Assembly (NCBI GenBank): GCA_951406725.2
Contig: OX597823.1
Span: 23,498,001 to 23,562,000, forward strand
Reading direction: 5' to 3'
DNA length: 64,000 bases
DNA from: Octopus vulgaris
Taxonomy: Eukaryota
Each line of letters opens with the position of its first letter. Within the stretch, counting starts at the first letter, position 1. The translations under genes and the position numbers were made by a program. Shown here one piece after another: positions 1-15,400 of the stretch. A model generated the notes under the pieces. It saw nothing but the letters and a program-made list of their open reading frames with translations. It did no database searches and was not told the origin of the DNA.

Positions 1-2
1 CT

Positions 3-160
3 CATTGGCCTGAAGCCATTCCAATAGTGGACATTTCCACTGAGTCAGTTGCTTGAGCTTTCGTTTCTAATTGGATTGCACATTTTGGTGTTCCAGCTAA
101 GATAACCAATGACCATGAACGCCAGTTCGAAGCTTCCTTATTTTGTGAATTATCACAAAA
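3..160 (+). mobile_element. Gypsy/Ty3 integrase fragment (decayed)
   Basis: Translates HWPEAIPIVDISTESVA*AFVSNWIAHFGVPAKITNDHERQFEAS, a typical integrase core segment with a stop. Confidence 0.75.
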
Positions 161-2140
161 TGATCTCAGACATATTCTTCAGGCACCAACCACATATCAT
201 AACAAACTAAAAAAAAATTGAATAAGGGAAGTAAAAAGTGTACCCTCCTTAGACCTTAAATTATAACCTTAAATTATGGTCTATGGAGGATAACTCTTTT
301 ACCATTTTACAGTTTAGTTTTTGTGTTTTCGTTTCCATTTTTTGTTTTCTGTTTTTTTAACTTCTGTGTTTTCTATATAGTACTTTCTCAGTTTTTTTTG
401 TCTTTCTTCTCTTATTCAATTTTTTTAGTTATATGTGGTTTACACTTGAAGAACATGTTAGAGATATTTCTCAACATATGAAACTATTAGTAGCACTAAA
501 GGACATATATTGTGTCCTTTGAATAAATACTATATATATGTCTGTCTGTCTGTCAGAAAAAAAAAATTCATATATTTGCCAGTAGAGAGGGTATATTAAT
601 CAAAGTGTACAGTATTATATACTCATTATGGCTGATCTTATCAATCAGTTTCCCACTAGGGGTTCAACAGAGTGTTAGGTAACAATCCAATTATATAACC
701 CTGCACTCTTCAGAGATAGTAGTTATGACTGTTCTCTATAGTTGGTGAACAGATACATCCAGTTTATGGTTGCTGTGAAAAAGATGATGAAACAAACTGA
801 GCAAGGGTTAAGTTAAGAGTTAGTCCCTTGGTACCAAAACAATCTCTGGAGATGTTGCAAGGCTATAAGAGTTTTCAGGAAGAGTGTTGGGGGAAATGTG
901 TGTATGTTTTAGTGTTGGTGTTCTTGTAGAAATGGAATGTGTGTAGTGGTTTTATATGTGCAGTGTTTTTGGTGGGAAGGGTATTAGTGTGATCTTTTTC
1001 TTTTATGTTTTGGTTAAAACTTTTGATTAAATTCTTTGGGGCATTTATGTATGCATGGAGTGTATATAGGGGTACAATATATGTGGGTGCTTATATTGTG
1101 GTGGTGGAAAAGGGTCTATTGGGTGGATGTCTGCTGTGTTAGTGTGTGTTTTTGAGTGCATTTGTGTATGTTCTAGTCAAACACTTTGCTGGTATTCCCA
1201 GGTATTGGTGGTGGGAGGGTTAAATCTGGGTGACACAGGTATGATAGGATTTACCTCCTTTCAAGGATTAAAAATTTCACTTCTACTCTTCAGGTAGACG
1301 GGATAAAATGACTGACTTTTTTCATGACCCTTACAATACAATGTGTTTTATATCCATTAGATACTAAACAAAAACTCTCAGAACATACATTCAAATTTTT
1401 GTAAGATGGTGAGTGCCATAAGTTAATCAACATTATCAAAATTATAACAAAATTATAACAATATCACCAAAGAATGAAGGAAGAGTCAGTGTATCTCATT
1501 GAGATGACATATGAAATAGTTATTTAAAACTTTGCTTCGTTATTCTTCACTACTCTGTGAAATGATGGGGGTCATTTCATGAACCTCCCAGAATATGTAT
1601 TAAAATGCATGTAAGCTGCCAACTTCCATGTATGTTAAACAGTGAAATAAGAACAACACAATACCACCAATTGCTTGTCAAATTGAAATTTTGAATAAAA
1701 TATAAAACAATATGGTGCATTGTTTACTAAATTAACAGTAAATTATAAAAACACAATCTATCAACAGATCTATTTTTAGCATACAAAGGGTTAATGTGAA
1801 TTCTAATATATCATGATATACACACAACAGCTTGCCTGAATGTTTCAGTTGTAGATAATCCATTTGTACATCATTCTTCTGATGCTGTGAATTTGTTTAA
1901 GATTGAATGGCCTTAACAAAATTTGACCTCTTTAAGGTAATATCAGCCTTGGAAAAGTACATCATTAGAGAAGAGATGTACAAATGAATTGTTTGCAAAC
2001 TAAGTATTGCAATAAAGTCTCAAATAAGTCTGAAGATGTATTACAACTCACATGAACTCTGATTAGAGTGTCATTTTGGGAATCAATATTATCTTCATTA
2101 TGAATTATCCATTTACAAAATTATGCACGAACACACACGC

Positions 2141-2190
<50 letters not shown>

Positions 2191-2278
2191 AAGAACATAT
2201 GAATGTAATGTGTGTGTATGTGTGTGTGTTTGGATGGGAGGATGAGTAAGAAATATATTTCTTGTTTTCTTTTTCCAG

Positions 2279-2509
2279 CTAATAAGCCTTTGGAGCTTAA
2301 AAGCGTTAGCATACCCACAAAGGATACTTTCAATCAGCTTAAGGATAAGACTTTAAAGCAGTGCAATGAAGCTTGCCAAAATTATTATGGATGTTATGCT
2401 TATGCATACAGTGAGAAAGCTAAGACATGTGGACTTAGTAATGTGACTCAGTTGACTGATGTACTTAAACCCAACAATGGAAATTGGGATGTATATATAA
2501 TGACACCAG
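2279..2509 (+). CDS. Exon A1, PAN/Apple domain type A
   Basis: ttttccag|CT...CCAG|gtcagt, 231 nt; NKPLELK...[31 protein letters not shown]...WDVYIMTP (C-x3-C-x5-C-x11-C). Confidence 0.9.
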
Positions 2510-3985
2510 GTCAGTAGAGTGTTTTCATCTTATTTATTGTGTGCTTGTTTTTGTGTATTTACAAGATCAAGGAAGAGTTCGAAGATCTTCCTGGGGACTC
2601 ACTGAGGAACAAATGTGCCAGGTTCTGGAGCCATCTTGAGGCTGTGGTGGAAGCTGAGGGTAGCTACTTTGAGCAAACTGTTGTCTCCCAACCATAATTT
2701 TGTTGATATATTTTGATTTTTTTAAATACTACTATTTTGAGATGTGATATTTTTTGTTTTCTTTTCCTGCAAACTCAAATTTAGCACAAACACCCTGGTT
2801 TGATTCCAACGATACAGTGATAAATGAGCTTTTAGCAACAAAGAGGTTCACTCATGAAAAGCTTCTTGACCCGAACATTAAGAACAAAGTGTAACTAGAA
2901 AAGTTGTACAAGTCTCAGAAAGTAGACTTGCAAAAGGAACTTAGGAGGCTTAAAGGCACTTAGTGGAGAAATTTGTCTGAGGAAGTACAGATGGCCTATA
3001 ACAGGAAAGACGTTGTAAGTTATTATTGTTTCTTGTGGCAAGCTTTTGGACAGTAATCTTTATCATATGTTCACTTGAAGTCAAAAGATGGAAATGAGGT
3101 TATTAAAGACCCAGGAAGACATGGGATGAGGTGGTCAAGCATGACCTTCGAACGTTGGGCCTCACAGAGGCAATGATGAAAGACCGAGCGAGATCTCTGG
3201 AGATATGCTGTGACTGCGAAGACCTGACAAATAATGTGAGTTCATGGCTGCTTCTTGCACCAGTTTCGCATAGCACCAGCCCATCCAAAGTACCTTGGAT
3301 TGCAGAACGACCTGCTGTGCTTACCTTGGATCGTAGGGTAACCTGCTGTGCTTGAGGAGACCTATTGAGTCAAGTACATCAACATCAAAATAAATTTCAA
3401 ATGGAAATTGTAGTTATGATACATGTGCCAGCAGCACGTAAAAAGCACCATCCGAACTTGGCCAATACCAGCGCTGACTTGACTGGCTTCTGTGCCGGTG
3501 GCATGTGACCTGCTGTGCTTGAGGAGACTTATTGAGTCAAGTACATCAACATCAAAATCAAAATCAAATGGAAATTGTAGTTGTGATACCTGTGCTGGTG
3601 GCATGTAAAAAGCACCAACCGATCATGGCCACTGCAAGCAAGACGAAATATGGAACTAAGAATGACAACAATTAAGGAAGCGAAGCATTATGGGGATAAG
3701 AATGAACGTGAATTGAAAAACGAGGATAAACGAATAGAAACGAATAATTATCTTAACTAAAATTAAAATTATATTTGAGGAGACATTTTCAATGAAAAAA
3801 CAAGCTGTTAGTGAATAATACATTTAAGGTATTAGTGGCGAATGAAGTGCAAGGGGACGGAAAGAAAAATGAGAGAAAAATCTTAGCTTTTGGACATCGT
3901 TTGGCAGAGAAATGAATATATATGTATATATATGTGTGTATATATATATATATATATACATATATATATGCATATATATGCGTGT

Positions 3986-4027
<42 letters not shown>

Positions 4028-4152
4028 GTAAAGTATAGAAGCCATCTTATCATGGCTAACCACATAGAACCACATAGATGGCTTCTATACTTTACATTAT
4101 CGAGCGATTACTGTTTCAATCTCATTCTGAGATTTAATTATGCTTACTGTTC

Positions 4153-4194
<42 letters not shown>

Positions 4195-7100
4195 TATACA
4201 CACATATATATGTATGTATTTATGTATATGTAGAAGAAATTGACCCCAGGAGTTATTCTTTGTAAGCTTAGTACTTATTCTACTGGTTTGTTTTGCCAAA
4301 CTGCTAAGTTACGTGACGTAAACAGAGCAACATCAGTTGTCAAGTGATAGTGGGGGTACAAACACACAGACACACATACACACACGTATATACATATATA
4401 CACATATATATACATATAGAAATAAGTGTGTTACTGTCTCCTTGCTTTGTCATCACATGATAGTCCATCACCATCATGATTTAACATCCACTTTTCCATG
4501 CCTGCGCTTATCAGACAGAACCTGCTAAGACTGATCCTCCACAGCCAGATATCCTTCCTGTCACCAATTCTCAATCCCCACTGAAAAAAAAACAAAAAAA
4601 CTAAGCCACAACTTACATGGCCACATTTTTTTACATAATACAAGCAAGCATATGTATATATGTATATCCATGTAAAATTTCTTTTTGTTTTTTCAGTCAA
4701 GCTGTTATTCTATATTTGTTTTTACCTCCATGTTCTTTTCCTCTTTTAAACATATACTCATCATTGATATCAGTTTCTCTTATCACTTCCAGTCTTCTCA
4801 AGAGTTGACTGTGGATCACCAAAAGACGTTGTTAATGCAAAGAAGTCCTACACTACCACCACCTATAAATCTGAAGTGACATATACTTGTTCAGGAGGAC
4901 AAAAGTTGATGTCAGTATGTAAAGAGGACAATAAATGGACTCCAGTAGCGTCAGGTTGTAAAGGTAATATAAATCGGTTCTCTCTTTCTATCTCTGTCTA
5001 GGAGGGCTGGGCATGCCATGGTTGATGATGCGCTGAGACTGTGACATCTCTGGCTCTACGTAGACGACAGTGAACAGGTGTGGTCGCTGTTTGTGAGGTG
5101 CACTTTCCTGCAGCTCGTCTCCTTGACCGAACTGCAGTCGTGGATCAAAAAGAGGCCGAGGAAGGGTGAATGACACTGCTAGTTTTGTGTTGCTCTCAAG
5201 CAACTATGCCATCCTGGGTTGACCTTGGGCAACTTCAACACACCCAAAGCATTCTATAGGGGATTAGTGGAGGGGAAGTACGATGACGATCTTGGGGTGA
5301 ACCTGGGCATTGATAAGGAATGCCTGACCTACCTGTTCAAGATAACTTTTGGGCCAGGACCTATGGAGAACTTCCAGAGATCCCTGGCAGTGCTATGAAG
5401 AAGCACTACCCATTTTGGATAAGCTGTACAGGTATGGCTCGAGAAACACGGGGTTCACCTGTCTGAGATGTGGTCAGAGTGACAAAGCCATCCTGCATGC
5501 ACTTGTACAGTGTCCAACCATTTCTGACCTGTAGGCCTATGTCGAACGACTGCTACCGCATGTAGGACAAGTCAGCTCATCAACCAAGTCTATCATGAAT
5601 ATTGTTGTGCCTCCTTCCTTGAAATGGGATGGAAGAGCCATTTTCATCGTACTTGTGGCTATGACAAAAGAATGTGTATGGTGGATGCATCTGAAAGGTC
5701 TAGAGACAAACACTTTCCTCTCTGGTCAATCTCTCATCAACTTCTTCAAGTATCACTTGAAGAGGAAGGTGAGAGTAGAGAGGGAAGTTTTGTCTAGTGA
5801 ATGTTTCAAAAAATGATGGGTGAATGTAGCAAGGATGGCACGTGTGAATGATGGAACCAGCTTGAGCATCATCCTATTAACCCAAAAAAGGAAAGGAAAA
5901 AAAGAGAGCCACTTACTGCAATGTCTTTTTTTTTGCATGACACTATTGCCCAAGGTTCCCGTGGTCTATTCCGTAGGCTTTTTTCATCAAAATTAAGGAC
6001 AATAAGTATTGTTACTATCAACAATAATTATAATTATTCTTGTTGTTAAGGGTGATAGACTGACAAAATCATTAGGATATCAGACAAAATGTGGTATTTG
6101 TTCTGGCTCTGAGTTCAAATCTGGCAAATGTTAACTTTACTTTTCTGGGACCAATAAAATAAAATACCATTCAAGTGTAGGGTCAATTTAATTGGCCAAC
6201 TGTTTCTCAAAGTTTTGACTTTCTTTATATGTTAGAAATTATTATTATGGTTGTTGTTGTTTTCATTCATTAAAATTTTACTTTAACTTTAGATTCTCAG
6301 CTCCATTTTGCGAAAGTAGCAGATGCAGTTCTGGATGTAACTGGGAAAACATTGTGGAGTAAGAAAAATGTAACAGCAGATGCTTGTGCAAAAAAATGTT
6401 TGTCTGACAAAAATTGTTTAGCATTTGAAATAGTTAAAGGAAATGGAAACTGTTACTTATCAAAGAAAAGTGCAGAACTCTCCAAGACATTAAAGACAGA
6501 TGAAAGTAGAGATTACTACCAACGAGTAAAATGTAAGTATTTTTGGTGTTTTATTATTGGATTCTCTTTCCCTCTTTTTTTTCTGAAATTTGCCATTTCA
6601 TTTGTGCTGCATAATATATAAACAACCACATCTGTAAAGACACGTTTACCTATATAGACAAACATAGACACATTCTATACATAAGCAACTGTAAATACTG
6701 CTAGGACATTTTCATACAACATTTGTTCACCTGCAACATTTTATGCATGTTTTCAGTCAGGCTTTTAGTGTAGAAAAGGCAACTCTTGTTTTTATTAACC
6801 GTAGTGGTGGTGGTGGTGGTAATGATTTCAAATTTTGGTGCAAAACCAGCAGCTTTGAGGGTCACTGATAGCAGATATCATCAATCCTGTATTTATATTA
6901 AGCCAAAGGGATGAAATGCAAACTTGACCTTGGCAGAGTTTGAAAACAGAATATAATGAGTTAGAAGTGGTACCACTAGGTGGCAAGGGTTTCAGACAAT
7001 ACCTTGTGACTAGCTGCTGTCCTTCACACTGTGTTATACAAAATAAGAGAAAAAGTAAAACCTATCTATGTGGTTGTGTGTGTCCTATATTTTAGCATGG

Positions 7101-10100
7101 TTATTAGCCTTCCTATGGCCAACCATTTTACTACTTGAAAATAATACAGTTTCTCATACTACTGGAATCAGAGAAATTGTCTGCTGGGACTAAATAATCT
7201 GCTTAGCATAAAATAATTTCCTATTCAGAGTTGTTTCATGGTATTGAGAACAAAACAGCCAGCAAATACATAGTTTGATCTGAGAGATTTTGACTGTTTT
7301 TATCGAAACCCTGGACATCAAGGGAAATTCACTAGGTTTAATGACTTCAATATTTGGATACTTCTGAAGTCTGGCATGTCATTGTTTTTGTGATAAATTG
7401 TTTTGGATCAAAGAGAAAGGTGATCTCTTTCTCCGTATATCTATGAGGATGCGTGTATCTGTAAGAATGGCTTACAAATGCAGAAGACACTTTCATAGGA
7501 ATTTCAGCTATTATTCCCAAGCTATAATAGCAACAAAGTAAGCAAACAGTCTCCAATTTATCCTCAGATAGTTATTTTAGTAGCATATTTACAAAATAAC
7601 AAGGTGTTAGCTAGGACTGACTTTAGAGACAAATTAATATAAACAGAGTATCATCCCCCTCAATGCTTGAAGAGAATTAAGATGAGAAAATTCTCTTGAA
7701 TTTACTCCTCTCATCAACCTAAATGTCTCCATGAACACATGCAAGAACTTTTCAGCCTTACTTTAAACTCCATTTCTCCAGCACACACAATTACTTTAAG
7801 CTTATGAATGTGCATAGTGTTAAAGTTTGTTACTCCTGTCCAGATAACATTACTTCCAGCATTTTGTGACTACAGAAAAGCTTACACTTGTCCAGCCTTT
7901 ATCCCACACATTTGCTTATAACTACCTCAACCACTCCCCATCTCCACCTAGAGACATCTGTCTCACAATAACAGTGATTTATTGAGCAACTCTCACTCTA
8001 TCTGATGAATTGTAAATGAACTACATGGGACTTAAATAACTTCAAGGAAAGTTTCACTCAACATATATACTCCTTTAAGTTCATTTACAAGGAAAAATTT
8101 AACTCTCTCTTGTTTCATCTAGAGGCTTGAGGAACAGGAAAATGATCTACCCACCATAACCTTGAGCTTACTCAATGAACCCACTCCTTATTTACCAGAA
8201 CATACAACTTCAGTCATTATATTATGAAGTCATTGAAAAACAAAATCACATGCATACGTGTGTGCATATACATGTGAGGTATTTGAATATATATGTGTAT
8301 GCATATAGATATGTATATAATTGTGTAGTTTCCATGCATGCATGCATATATCATTTGTGAGATTTTCCAACATTGTTCTTGAACTAATAATTTCAAACAT
8401 ATAGTTACCTACCTACTTACTTTGTACATACACACATACATACATATGTGTATGTATTAAAATATACATTCCAAATCAGATTGGTGTAGCATGGATGAAT
8501 CTTATTGCCAAAAATGAAAGCTCTCAGTTGATAGAAAACTATATGCCTAAACAACTTTATACGAGCTGTCTCAACCAATTCCTTCAGGATCAGTGAATTC
8601 AATGACATTGTGACTGATGAGCCTGCAGGTGGAGAGAAGGGAATGATGGGATGTGCCAGATACCTTTTGATAAACAAAGCTATGCTGTCCAAAGTAAGAA
8701 AACATTGCAAAATCCCTGTGCTAATATTGTTTGATTATAGGAGAGCATTCAAATCTATTCCCCACACATGGCTACTAAAGTTTTTGCACTCAGTAAAAGT
8801 ACCTGCTATCCTAGTTGCTGCCATTGAAAGGCTCACAAAGACCTGAGAAACAATCCTACAAAGAAACTATGATAACACAAGGATGTTGATTAATCTCCCT
8901 TTTAATAATGCTCTAACCATAGTAGTCCATGAGATTTATATCCGTCATATTTGGAGGTCATAACTTTTGTGTTATATCCTCAGCAGTCACGGCCTATGTT
9001 TCACTACCATGTAGCATGGCTGTTCATACACATGCATCATACAGTCTGCCTTTTACTCTGAGCGAGAGGCCTTTTGTCACCAGCAGAGGTAAGAGCTCTC
9101 TGAACTTTGCCCAGGCTATTCTTACTCTAGCAGTTACACTTTCAGCACACCCACCCCCGCTACTGACTTGGTCACCTAGGTAACGGAAGCTATCAACTAT
9201 TTCTAGTTTTTCTCCCTGGAATGTGGTGGAAGTTGGTCTCTGCGCATTTTCAGTGTTTATTGCTCCTGAGTATCTGCTACATAAAAAAACTATTTTCTTA
9301 GTTATCCTTCCTTTGACATTGCTGCACCTCTTATCTGTCCATAGCTTACACTTGGTGCATCTTATAGAGTTTCTACCTATACCTTTTCTACAGATCGAGC
9401 GGGCCATCTACCTGAAGGCGTTTGTGATTTGTCTACCTTCCTACTTATTAGGACTTTGGTTTTAGCTAGGTTGACTCTAAGGCCCTTCGATTCTAATCCT
9501 TGCTTCCACACCTGAAATTTCTCCTCCAGTTCTGATAGTGACTCAGCAATTAGAGCAAGGTCATCAGCATAGAGGAGCTCCCAGGGGCATCCTGTCTTGA
9601 ATTCCTCCATTATTGCCTGGAAAACTATGATAAATAGGAGGGGGTTGAGGACTGAACCTTGGTGGACCCCTACCTCTACCCTGAATTCTTCACTGTACTC
9701 GTTGCCAACCCCCACCTTACAAGCAGCATTCCTGTACATGGCTTGCACAGCTCTCACTAACCATTCATCTATCCTTTGTTTCCTCATTGACCACCAGATA
9801 AGGGATCGGGGGACCCTGTCGAAGGCTTTCTCCATGTCAACAAAAGCCAGCTACCGGGGTTTATCTTTGGCTAGGTATTTCTCCTGCAGCTGCCTTACCA
9901 GGAATATAGCATCAGTGGTACTTTTCCCTGGCACGAACCCAAACTGCATCTCATCTAAACTGACTCTCTCTCTAATTAGTTGGGCTATGACCCTCTTTGT
10001 AACCTTCGTTACCTGATCCAACAGCTTGATACCCCTGTAGTTATTTGTATCTAAGGCGTCACCTTTACCTTTGTAGCAGTTGACTATTATGCTGCTACAC

Positions 10101-12421
10101 TAGTCATTGGGAATGACTCCTTCGTGTATCACCTGGTTAACTATACGGGTGACTAGGCTATAGCCGACACTACCAGATATTTTGAGCATCTCTGCTGTAA
10201 TTCCTGATGGGCCTGGGGCTTTCCCTGTCTTCATGCTTCTAATCGCCTTAACTACCAAGGAACTGTCAACTCGGATAGCTGGTCCCTCTGTTGAGTCAAC
10301 ATTTGGCAGACTCTCTTTATCCCATTCATTTTCTTTATTCAGCAACCTTTCATAGTGGTGTCTCCAAACCTCTCTCTTTGCATCCTCATTTAGCGCAAGT
10401 GAACCATCATCTATGCAAACAGATTTCTCTCCTACCACATCACGATTCTCTCTCACACACTGTCTTGCAACACGAAATACCTCAAGTCTTTCATCCTCAC
10501 GGCGCAGAACATTGGCAAATTTTTTCTTATCTGCTTCCCCTCTGGCTAAATACACCTGCCTCCTAGCTTCCCTTGTGGCAGTCTGATACACTTCCCTGCT
10601 ACCACCGTTCTTCCAGTCCTTCCAAGCCTGTTTCTTTTGTCTAATATCCCTGTCAACAATATTGTTCAACCACGACGTTATTTTGGGTCTTGAGGGGACT
10701 TTGCACCAACCACAGATCTGGTCAGTGGCTCTCAGGTTGTCTCTTAGAAACCTCCAGTTGTCTTCTACCCCATGTGAAGCTATATCCCCTTCTATTTTAT
10801 CAAAGGCTTCAAGTAATATGTCTTTAAATCTCTGTCCATTTGCAGGATCTTTAAGCTTCCAGACCCTTCTTCTCCATGTTGATCATCTTCTGGTTGTCCT
10901 CTTCGTCCTGATCCTAAAGTCACTAACTACCAGTCTATGTTGTGGGGTACCACGAAAACTAGCAGCCATGAAGGGGCGCCTCTCATCTCTTGGAAAAGGA
11001 ATACTTAGTAGTAGTTATAAGAGACCTAATTGAGAGAGAGATATGTTGCAGATTTAGGGTAGATGCGTGAGCTAAATTTATCTTAGACATCGATAAGTAA
11101 GAGAAACTATAGAATTATATATTTAACATGAGACGTGAGGCTGAAATTTATCTTAGACATTGATAAGTAAGAGGAACAATAAAATTATATATATATTTGA
11201 CACGAGACTATATAACAGATAATTATGTAGAAGTACCATGTAATTGAAATTTTAAATAAAATTTCATATGAACAATTTAATATAAAAACGCAGGCCATCC
11301 ACAAAATTATTTTTCGGTATAAGTCACCCTCCTAAGAATTAATGGGAACTCTAATACATAATGAGACCTACTTGAAACCTTGCCTCACTGTTTAGAATGT
11401 AGCTAAGCCATTTGTACAACCCTCTTCTGATGGTATGCTTTTGCTTAAGACTGAATTACCACAACAACCCTTGATATGTTGGTTTACACCTTGACCCTTT
11501 AAAAGTACACCAATAGAAGATGGACGTAGAAGTGGGCATATGCAACTTCAATTTTGAAATAAATTTTCAAATCTGTCTCAACATGTGCTACAGCTCAAAT
11601 TCTAAGTTGTCATTTTCCAATGAATTATTTGTTTGTAATAGATTGTCCATTTAAAATGAATTATGCACCAGATGCTATATAATATTTAATGTGTGTGTGT
11701 GTGTGTAAGTATGAAATGTATTTCTTGTTTTCTTTCTTTTCTTTCTAGCTGAAGGTGTTTTAATATTTAAAAAAGCTTCGATACCAGGTTATGATACATT
11801 TGGTCAGCTGAAAAATGTGAGCTTAAAGGAGTGTGAGCATACTTGTTATCAAACTCCTGGATGTAACTCTTATGAGTATCAAGAAAGTTCTAAAATTTGT
11901 GATCTGAGTAATGTGACCCACTTGATTCGTAACCTTGAACCTAATGCTGAAGATTGGGATACTTATGTCATTAACCCAGGTCAGTAGAGTGTTTTCACTT
12001 TATTTTATATGTGTGTGTATGCATGTGTGTTTGTTTGTATTTACACATATGTACATGTGTGTGTGTGTGTGTGTTTAAGCTAATAAAACTGGGAATGTTA
12101 AAAGCCAAAGAGTTCTAATGTTTCTGTTGAGTTTACAGCAGTTTCCTAATCCACTCAGTTACATCATGAAATTCAATACAGATATGTATATATGTGTGTG
12201 TGTGTGTCTTTTATCTTTTGCTTGTTTCAGTCATTTGACTGCTGCCTTGCTGGGGCCTTGAAGGGTTTTAGCTGAAGGAATTAACCCCAGGACTTATATT
12301 TTTAAAAGCCTGGGACTTATTTATTAGTGCCTTTTGCTGAACTGCTAAGTTATGGGGATGTAAACACCAGTTATCAAGCAGTGGTGGTGGTACACACACA
12401 GACTCAAAGACACACACATAG

Positions 12422-12453
<32 letters not shown>

Positions 12454-15400
12454 GATGGGCTTCTTTTAGTTTCCGTCTACCAAATCCATTCATAAGGTTT
12501 TGGTCAGCCCAAGGCTATAGAAAACACTTGCTCAAGGTGTCAAGCAGTTGGACTGAACCCAGGACCATTTGGTTGGCCAGCAAGCTTCTTACCACAAAGT
12601 GACACCTGCATATGTATGTCATTATTAATTTTTATTTCAAGATTTCTTGCAAATAGAGAAAGAGTCAGTTTCTAACCTAGATTCAAGGCTCCGTCATTGG
12701 AATTTTGACATCAGCAACAGGGTATTTTCTATGCATGCATGCAGATTTGTATGTTTTGCTTTATGTATGAATTCTCATGCATATAGTTGCATCTCTAGTC
12801 ATGCTCTTATATATTTAAATGAAAAGATCCTGGAAAGTTTTTCCAGATTTTTACAGTTCTTCAAATTAGCTTTCTCCTTTCTGGTTTTAGGAAGCCTAAT
12901 TTATGTAACACACTGCCTAAATACCAATCTTAAGAAATTTGACTGTTTCCCCTATATCTGATGAGAAATATTACAGATTTCGGATCTTTTCGCTTTAACC
13001 GGCAGATTTTTAAAATAATTTCTTTGTAACTAAACACTTTTAAACTTCGTATACTAGTAGAATGTGTTTATAAAACATCTTTTTCTCTTGGCTTTCTTGA
13101 GAAAATTCTGTAGTTTGTAAGCTATTTGTTCTTTAATTTCTTGCATTTCGGCAATTTTAATCAATCAATGACATCTATTGAGGCCTTTTCACAGTATTGA
13201 AAGTTTTCATTAAATCAATGCAAATCTGGGCCAGATCCATATACTGCTCATAGCACTTCTCTTGCATCTGTCATGCTGAGAAGATCATATCCAATGATCC
13301 TCAACTAGAATGAAAGCCACCCTGCAATACAGATAGGATGTCATTTACAAGATATTTATTCAGGGGGTCAAGAAGGATGCTTGCTAGAAGCTGACAGTAG
13401 AGTAGTACCTCTATGGTTGCTATACTTTGTTCTGGCTTCCTTTCCTCTATAATAATGAAGGATAATTGCATCCTTCCAGTCGTTAGGGACAGCATCATTC
13501 CTCCAAATTACACTAACAAGTTTGTGAAGCTTCTATGCGATATGACCACCATCAAAGTGCAAGACTTCAGCTCAAATTCTGTCTCTACCAGATGCTTCAC
13601 CAAAATTCAACTTACTCATTGCTGTTATTACCTCGTCTCTTGAGGATGCAGAGTCTGAGGAGCCAGTGACAAGACTTGGTTGAATAATAATTATAACATC
13701 ACCTACAACTGACTCATGGATTAGAAGTTCAGAAAAATATTCAACTCAGTGATCTGCAATTTCTGTTGATTTAGTAAGTAGGGTAGCACCCTCCTTGGAA
13801 AGCAATGGTACAGCTGCAGAACTCTTGGGCCCATAAGCTTGCTTCATAAGATAGTAGAGCTTCTTGCTGTCATTTGCATCAGTGACAACTTGAATATCAT
13901 GAGTAAGACCTTCAAACCAGCTGTTCTGCACTTTCTTGAGTGATTGCTGTAGTAGGAGTTTTGTATTTTTATAATGGGTACGTGCTAGATTCTGCTGCAC
14001 AACTGATAGCTCTTTATGCAATAATACACTGTGGGCAATGTGCTCAGCAGACAGGAATCCTGCCTCATTTTTATCAAACCAGTCCCTGAGATTGGCTGCA
14101 GCATATGCAAATGCCTCAAGAGCACATTGAAAGTCCTGGTCTTAAAACTCCTGCCAAGCTGTCATATCTTTGTTGCTGTATAAAGAATTCTGAAGCTCCT
14201 CCCTTACACTAGAACCAGATAACTTGTGAACATTCAGGTGTCAAGGAATATCCAGCTAGCCTGCTTCACTCCTCCACTCTGATTACCATCTGGAACTTTG
14301 CTCACAACAAGCAGTGGCCCATTCAACATTCTGATCCATGAAAGGACTTAACATTGTCCCAGGTACCATGCCTGTGAATGATAATGTAAACCAGTAAGTT
14401 CCACACCTTAAACCTTGGATGCATCCATATTGTTCTGTGGTCACTTTTGTGCATAGAGTAAGTGCTTACAATGTAAAGACCATATTCATTGCAAAACTAA
14501 GAGCGTTAGACCATTGCTATTTGTCTTCCCTTGATCAAAATGTCTAAGAGAGTTCTGTGTTTGCCAATTTGTTCCAACCAAGGCATTGAAATTCCCCAGT
14601 GGAATTACTTTGTCTGACTTGGAGATTTTCTTGAGTACAACTCTCAGCTGGCATAGAAAGGTATTTTATCTTCATCAGAATTGGTCGGAATAGGAGTATG
14701 GCACTTATCAGAGTAGCAGATTGCCCATTTCTCAAGTGCAAATGTAGAGCCATTAAACAGGGACTTATAGGGATAGGAATCTTTTCCAACTTCTTGAGGA
14801 TTTCAAGTTGAACAGCAAAACTAATGCCAGCTTTCTTGCACTCTTACTTTAATTTTTCCCTTTCAGAAAAAGGTGTAGTTACCACCATCCTACTTAGGCT
14901 GACCATAACCTTCCAAATGAATCTATGAAAAACAGTTATACTTAATTCATTATCTATTTAATTTGTGAGTCACAAGTGCAGTACATCTTTCATTCATCTT
15001 ATCTAACAGAATACACACATACTAACATGAAATATTCATCTTCCACTCAGATTTTATAAAGAATTTCTTTATATTACATGTGCAAGTTGACACCTGTCAG
15101 TTGTGCTAATCTGACCAGTTATAAAGAGACAGGCAAGTTTTAGTTCACCTTTTCTAGAACCTCCCTAATCTCCTGAGCAGTGCCCTTCTCAAATGGAACT
15201 GCTCAGACGTCCACACAGTAACCAAATTTCCTTTGCTCTCTTGAACCAAATTCCCTTTGCTATCTTGAACTTTATATCTATGATATATAAATCATTGCTT
15301 CCAACCCCTCAGGTCTGCATACTTTTTCAACATCCTATCATGATAGGACTTTCAAATAAAATAAAATAGAAGTAAGGTGTGTAAAGTTAAAAGTGTAACA

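Noticed and set aside
3865-3915. Possible hammerhead remnant on the minus strand
   Set aside because: Both core boxes too degenerate to support.
6300-6301. Alternative acceptor (tctcag) 8 nt inside exon C1, and ccag at 31532 in A3
   Set aside because: Both would shift the frame relative to phase-1 upstream exons; paralog alignment supports the upstream AG.
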